NCBI GenBank assembly: GCA_041562555.1
Contig: JBFEXS010000071.1
Coordinates: 1 to 11,360, forward strand
From: Sulfurimonadaceae bacterium
GTDB taxonomy: Bacteria > Campylobacterota > Campylobacteria > Campylobacterales > Sulfurimonadaceae
Direction: 5' to 3'
DNA: 11,360 bases
This document shows, piece by piece, positions 7,379 through 11,360 of the stretch (position 1 is the first letter of the stretch; each line of letters starts with the position of its first letter). The notes under the pieces are model-generated. The model was not told where the DNA came from. It was given only the letters and a program-made list of their open reading frames with translations, and did not search any database. The translations under genes were made by a program, and so were the position numbers.

Positions 7379-8458
7379 CTATACTGTTTTAGGTGAAAGG
7401 GTGCCTGCTCTAGACTCATTCTCATCGATAATATTTTGGATTTGACGTTTTACTTTGTCATATCGAAATTGTTCTTTAAACCCTTGTATACGTCCCCCTG
7501 ATGCATTTGGGTGACCACCGCCTCCGGCCCACTCTTTTGCAATAAGAGAGACATCGACTTTGTTATTTGCTCTAAGGCTCATGGTCCCGCGTGAGCCGAC
7601 ATCCACAATAAAATCGTAATCATCATAGGCTGTCAAAAACGCGTTTCCGATGATGGAAGTATTACCAAGTGCGTAAGAGAGATAACCTTTGTAGCCTTTG
7701 TAGTAGATCGTTTTGTCAGACTTGAGTTCTCCTAAAAGCTCAACGATACGTGCCGTGGCAAGATTATCAAGGGTGTCATCATCCTCTTTTTTGAAAAAGT
7801 TCTTCTTGAGGGAATGGATCGTTTCATCAAGAAGAATATTGGCACTATCTAGGGGAATCATCTGGGCTGCCTCGAAAAGCAGAGCATGTTTATAGTTTCT
7901 ATCTTCATCGGCAAACATCACTCGATTGAGTTCGCGTGTCTCAGTTACGAGACGCATGCAGACTTTCCCGTATTCAAAGGCTTTGACTTTCTCCTGATGC
8001 CAAAGATCTACCGCATCCACAACAGCGACATATGGAGTAAGCCAGGCTTTAGATTCGGATGATATCTCAAAGTGCTCCTGCGCATAGTCAAAGGTGATCT
8101 GTGTAGCAGAACGGGATGTGTCCAAAAGGTACCAGTCATATTTGTTGGCAGAATCTTGACCGCTTCCATGATGATCAAGAAGCTGAAGTGTGACGGTGAT
8201 CTTGTCATATTCATTAAATCGTTGAACCTCTTTATGAAGCCAGTTTGATTCATCAATAGTAAGATTGAGATCGGTGATTAGGATGGTGGCATCTGTTTTT
8301 TCAATACGGATTGTATCAATGATCTCATGCAGCCGTTCATTGACTTCAGCCCCGTAGTTTGCGTTATAAAAACGGATCTTTTCATACGCTTCTTTCATGA
8401 CCAACTGGCAACTGTACCCGTCCAAGTCAATGTGTGATAGATGGTAGATGGTATTCAT
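7379..8458 (-). CDS. DHH-family phosphoesterase, NrnB/nanoRNase-like (359 aa from ATG 8458)
   Basis: HLSHIDLDG, ITDL, LLDHH, SAT, and a DHHA1 region MSLR...GGGHPNASG. SD AAGGA at 8466-8470 (-) supports the MNTIYH start. The position after flhA matches Campylobacter/Helicobacter synteny. Confidence 0.88.
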   Translation of the reverse strand: MNTIYHLSHIDLDGYSCQLVMKEAYEKIRFYNANYGAEVNERLHEIIDTIRIEKTDATILITDLNLTIDESNWLHKEVQRFNEYDKITVTLQLLDHHGSGQDSANKYDWYLLDTSRSATQITFDYAQEHFEISSESKAWLTPYVAVVDAVDLWHQEKVKAFEYGKVCMRLVTETRELNRVMFADEDRNYKHALLFEAAQMIPLDSANILLDETIHSLKKNFFKKEDDDTLDNLATARIVELLGELKSDKTIYYKGYKGYLSYALGNTSIIGNAFLTAYDDYDFIVDVGSRGTMSLRANNKVDVSLIAKEWAGGGGHPNASGGRIQGFKEQFRYDKVKRQIQNIIDENESRAGTLSPKTV

Positions 8459-8477
8459 AATAATATCCTTCAAGGTG

Positions 8478-8485
8478 ATTATAGC
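8478..8485 (-). promoter_or_regulatory. Putative -10 box (gcTATAAT) of an internal promoter for the DHH gene
   Basis: The minus strand reads ggcTATAATcaccttgAAGGA in the 31 nt flhA-DHH gap. The same gcTATAAT occurs upstream of rpsO. Confidence 0.5.
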
Positions 8486-8489
8486 CTAT

Positions 8490-10685
8490 TTACAGTTCTA
8501 TGGAGACACTGCCCATGACTTCAAATTTAGCATTGGCATCTATCTCCGCGTGGGATAGGACAACGACTTCAAGGTTGAAACGCTCAAAAATCTCTGCCAG
8601 AGGCTTTCGTAGTTGAGGATCGACGATAAGAATGACCGGTGATACACCTTGTTGCAACAGAGTACTTGCCTTATCGCTGACGCCTTGTATGAGCGCATTG
8701 ATCTCACCGACGCTGAGTGCAAGGTTTCGTATACCGTCGATCTCCGTTGACTTTTCGAGGATACGTTGTTCGGTGGCCGTGTCAAAGGTAAGTAGTTTGA
8801 TGACCCCGCTGTGGTCTTTATACAAAGAGGTGATGATACGAGAAAGTTTCGCACGGACTTGTTCGACGATGACATCGACATTTTTGCTATATTCGGCAAT
8901 GTCGGCAATCGTTTCCAGTATGGACAGCATATCCTTAAGCGGGATTTTCTCGTGCAAGAGGGCTTTGAAAATACGTTGAATAAGACCAATACTTGCAACG
9001 CTCAGCAAGTCATCCACGACAACCGGATAATCATTCTTAAGTTTTTCAATAAGGTTTTGTGTCTCTTGACGTGTAAGCAACTCCTCTGCATGGGACTTGA
9101 CGAGTTCAGACATGTGGGTTGATATGACGGTAGCCGGATCGACAACGGTATATCCGTTCATAATCGCATCTTCTTTGAGTTCAGGTTTTATCCAGATAGC
9201 ATCCAGGCCAAAGGCAGGTTCTTTCGTCTTTTCACCCTCAAGCTCTTCCGTCGCCATACCGCTGTCCATAGCCAAGAACTTGTCAGGCTGTATCGAACCC
9301 TGTCCGATCTCTACTCCTTTGAGAAGGATCTGATAATAGCTCGGGTCCAAGTGTAAATTGTCCCGGATACGTACCTGCGGCATCAAAAAGCCAAAATCCG
9401 ATGCGATCTTGCGACGCATTGAACGAATGCGCTCAAGAAGGTCGCCTCCCTGACCGGCATCTGCAAGTCGGATAAGCTGATATCCCAGGGTAAGCTCCAA
9501 CATCTCTATTTTTAGAATATCCTCAAGAGCAGCTTCTTCTTCCTTGGCAATCTGCTCATGACTCTTTTGTGCAGGGGCCTGAGGAACAGCGGAGCCGCCT
9601 TCCCCTGTAGCAGTCGCTGCAGGGGACCCGTCTTTAGGTGCAGAGAGCGGCTTGTCTTGAAAAAGTCGTAACTCCCCACGTTCATGCTGGAGGAGAAGGT
9701 ACCCCATACTTAGGAAGATAAGCCCGACGAATCCCATTGAGAATGTCGGTAGACCCGGTACCAGAGCAAAGAGCACCATGATAGAACCAACAATCAGCAG
9801 AGTCTTTGCATTTCCCATAAGTTGAGAGATGGTTCCCTCCGCAAAATTGCTTTGGTCACTGGAAGCACGGGTGATCATGATACCGGTTGCAGTTGAAATG
9901 ATCAGTGCAGGAATCTGAGAGACCAGTCCATCTCCGATCGTCAAAATAGTAAAGACAGAAGCTGAATCGCTTACACTCATATCATGTTGGAAAACACCGA
10001 TCAAGAACCCGCCGATAATATTGATGATGGTGATAATGATACCGGCAACGGCATCCCCTTTGACGAATTTCGCCGATCCATCCATGGCTCCGTAGAAATT
10101 GGCGTCTTGTAAGATAGCGGCACGACGCTTTTTGGCTTCAGCTTCTTCAATAAGACCGGCATTGAGATCGGCATCAATAGCCATTTGCTTACCGGGCATC
10201 GCATCAAGGGTAAAACGTGCTGCTACTTCTGCAACCCGGGTCGAACCCTTGGTGATGACCATAAAGTTGATCAATACCAGGATGGAGAAGACGATAATAC
10301 CGATAACGTAATTCCCTCCGACAACAAAGTCACCAAAACTGGAGATAATATCGGAGACCTGTTCTGTTCCCTCGTGCCCATGACTCAGAATCATTCTTGT
10401 TGTCGCGACGTTAAGCGAAAGTCTAAAGAGTGTGATGATCAGAATGAGCGTCGGAAAGGTCGTTAAGTCAGTAGGTTTGGGAATATATAAAGAGATCAGG
10501 ATGATTAATACCGCTACGGAGATAGAGATTGTCAGCATAAAATCCAGGAGCCCTGAAGGAAGAGGGACAATGATAATGGCAAGGATTGCCATTACAAAAA
10601 AGACAATGCTTAGGTCACGGGACCGGACAATGACTTCAAGTGCCGGTGTGATCTGTCCGAGGAGGGCTGTCTTCTTTTTTGCCAC
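8490..10685 (-). CDS. flhA: Flagellar export gate protein FlhA (731 aa)
   Basis: FPTLILIITLFRLSLNVATTR, the FHIPEP signature RVAEVAARFTLDAMPGKQMAIDADLNAG, FYGAMDGSAKFVKGDA, LTIGDGLVSQIPAL, EPAFGLDAIWI and GYTVVDPATVISTH. GTG start. Confidence 0.97.
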   Translation of the reverse strand: MAKKKTALLGQITPALEVIVRSRDLSIVFFVMAILAIIIVPLPSGLLDFMLTISISVAVLIILISLYIPKPTDLTTFPTLILIITLFRLSLNVATTRMILSHGHEGTEQVSDIISSFGDFVVGGNYVIGIIVFSILVLINFMVITKGSTRVAEVAARFTLDAMPGKQMAIDADLNAGLIEEAEAKKRRAAILQDANFYGAMDGSAKFVKGDAVAGIIITIINIIGGFLIGVFQHDMSVSDSASVFTILTIGDGLVSQIPALIISTATGIMITRASSDQSNFAEGTISQLMGNAKTLLIVGSIMVLFALVPGLPTFSMGFVGLIFLSMGYLLLQHERGELRLFQDKPLSAPKDGSPAATATGEGGSAVPQAPAQKSHEQIAKEEEAALEDILKIEMLELTLGYQLIRLADAGQGGDLLERIRSMRRKIASDFGFLMPQVRIRDNLHLDPSYYQILLKGVEIGQGSIQPDKFLAMDSGMATEELEGEKTKEPAFGLDAIWIKPELKEDAIMNGYTVVDPATVISTHMSELVKSHAEELLTRQETQNLIEKLKNDYPVVVDDLLSVASIGLIQRIFKALLHEKIPLKDMLSILETIADIAEYSKNVDVIVEQVRAKLSRIITSLYKDHSGVIKLLTFDTATEQRILEKSTEIDGIRNLALSVGEINALIQGVSDKASTLLQQGVSPVILIVDPQLRKPLAEIFERFNLEVVVLSHAEIDANAKFEVMGSVSIEL

Positions 10686-10693
10686 GTGTCAGT

Positions 10694-11101
10694 CTACTTC
10701 TGTTCTAAAATATCTGCAAGGGTCATGCCCCCTAAGAATTCGTCTATACGACCTTGAAGATTGTGTATAAAAGGATATATATGGCAGGAGTCCTCTTTCT
10801 CAGAAGGACAGTTTCCAGCCCCGGAAGAACAATCAAATACGGACAGGTCTTTTCCTTCTGCTGCTCTCATGATATTGAGCAAGGTGATTTCCTCTTTGGG
10901 TTGAATTAGAACAAATCCACCTTTGACACCTTTGTAGGACTTAAGGATACCTGCTCTGGCCAGGGCCTGCAGAATTTTGGCAAGAAAGCTTTTTGAGATA
11001 GCCAGATCATGGGCCAGCGTCTCTGTATCCATAGGTTCAGTAGCAGAAGCTAAGGTCACCAAGGATAATAGTGCATATTCACTTGCTCGCGTCATTAACA
11101 T
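10694..11101 (-). CDS. Rrf2-family transcriptional regulator with three Cys, probably Fe-S binding (135 aa)
   Basis: MLMTRASEYALLSL, wHTH ISKSFLAKILQAL, wing SYKGVKGGFVL, and C91-x6-C98-x7-C106. SD AAGGA at 11111-11115 (-). Confidence 0.92.
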   Translation of the reverse strand: MLMTRASEYALLSLVTLASATEPMDTETLAHDLAISKSFLAKILQALARAGILKSYKGVKGGFVLIQPKEEITLLNIMRAAEGKDLSVFDCSSGAGNCPSEKEDSCHIYPFIHNLQGRIDEFLGGMTLADILEQK

Positions 11102-11152
11102 AATAGATAGTCCTTAACTTAAAATAATTGTATATATGTTTATATGCTCTGT

Positions 11153-11193
11153 ATTATACATAAAATAGATAAAAGATAGATTTTGTCTCTTTT
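11153..11193 (-). promoter_or_regulatory. Putative promoter of the rrf2-flhA unit (-10 TATAAT) with an imperfect inverted repeat over the -35 region
   Basis: TATAAT on the minus strand at 11153-11158. The 25-mer ATAAAAGATAGATTTTGTCTCTTTT (11169-11193) has 8 of 12 symmetric pairs. Confidence 0.5.
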
Positions 11194-11246
11194 GTTTTAA
11201 CAAGTCTTGGGTCGGTTTGGATGTAGGTTGGCATGTTTTCATAAGG

Positions 11247-11280
11247 GTTTAATATAGTTTAATAAATATTCAGCTATAAT
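11247..11280 (+). promoter_or_regulatory. Putative sigma70-type promoter of rpsO
   Basis: gcTATAAT at 11273-11280, preceded by GTTTAATA repeated with a 10 bp period (11247 and 11257). This matches the periodic AT-rich upstream signal of Campylobacterota promoters. Confidence 0.65.
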
Positions 11281-11332
11281 CCGCCATCTCAAATTCAAGA
11301 GAAATTTATTATACCAATCAGGGAGGTCAATT

Positions 11333-11360
11333 ATGGCTTTAGATTCGGCGAAAACTGCAG
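11333..11360 (+). CDS. rpsO: 30S ribosomal protein S15, 5' end (partial; runs off the window)
   Basis: ATG 11333 reads MALDSAKTA, with a strong SD GGGAGG at 11321-11326. It matches the MALDSAK start of Campylobacterota S15 and the known position of rpsO divergent from Rrf2/flhA. Confidence 0.88.

Noticed and set aside
9540..9660. Ala/Pro/Gly-rich stretch in FlhA as a possible insertion element or intein
   Set aside because: It maps to the variable linker between the transmembrane and cytoplasmic domains and has no intein or repeat signatures.
382..10770. Many alternative-frame or antisense ORFs (e.g. 382-714, 1600-1905, 3382-3846, 3843-4220, 8540-8998, 8632-8979, 10432-10770)
   Set aside because: They lie within or across well-supported genes and show no recognisable motifs. 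They are shadow ORFs.
11228..11243. TTGGCA as a sigma54 -24 element
   Set aside because: The -12 GC is absent (TA at 11242-11243), and it points toward rpsO, which already has a good TATAAT.

Overview
Chromosomal window that looks Campylobacterota (Epsilonproteobacteria)-like. The evidence is the rpsO / Rrf2-flhA-DHH gene order, the MALDSAK start of S15, gnTATAAT promoters and A|FTLIE pilin leaders. Left half (+ strand, 1-5203): the 3' part of a tightly coupled type II secretion / type IV filament operon. It holds the tail of an upstream gene (possibly the secretin), a GspE ATPase, three class III signal-peptide pseudopilins (I-, J- and H-like), GspF, and a GspK-like tip pseudopilin whose reading frame is broken by a single in-frame TAG at 4742-4744. 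Middle: a divergent pair of a two-domain SagB/ThcOx-type nitroreductase (-) and a stand-alone CZB zinc-binding protein (+), with a palindromic operator-like site in the shared intergenic region. Right half: Rrf2 regulator -> flhA -> NrnB-like DHH phosphoesterase (-), divergent from the start of rpsO (+). No RNA genes, mobile elements, CRISPR arrays or convincing terminators were seen. The most notable anomaly is the amber-interrupted gspK. The best candidate for an undescribed module is the nitroreductase/CZB pair.
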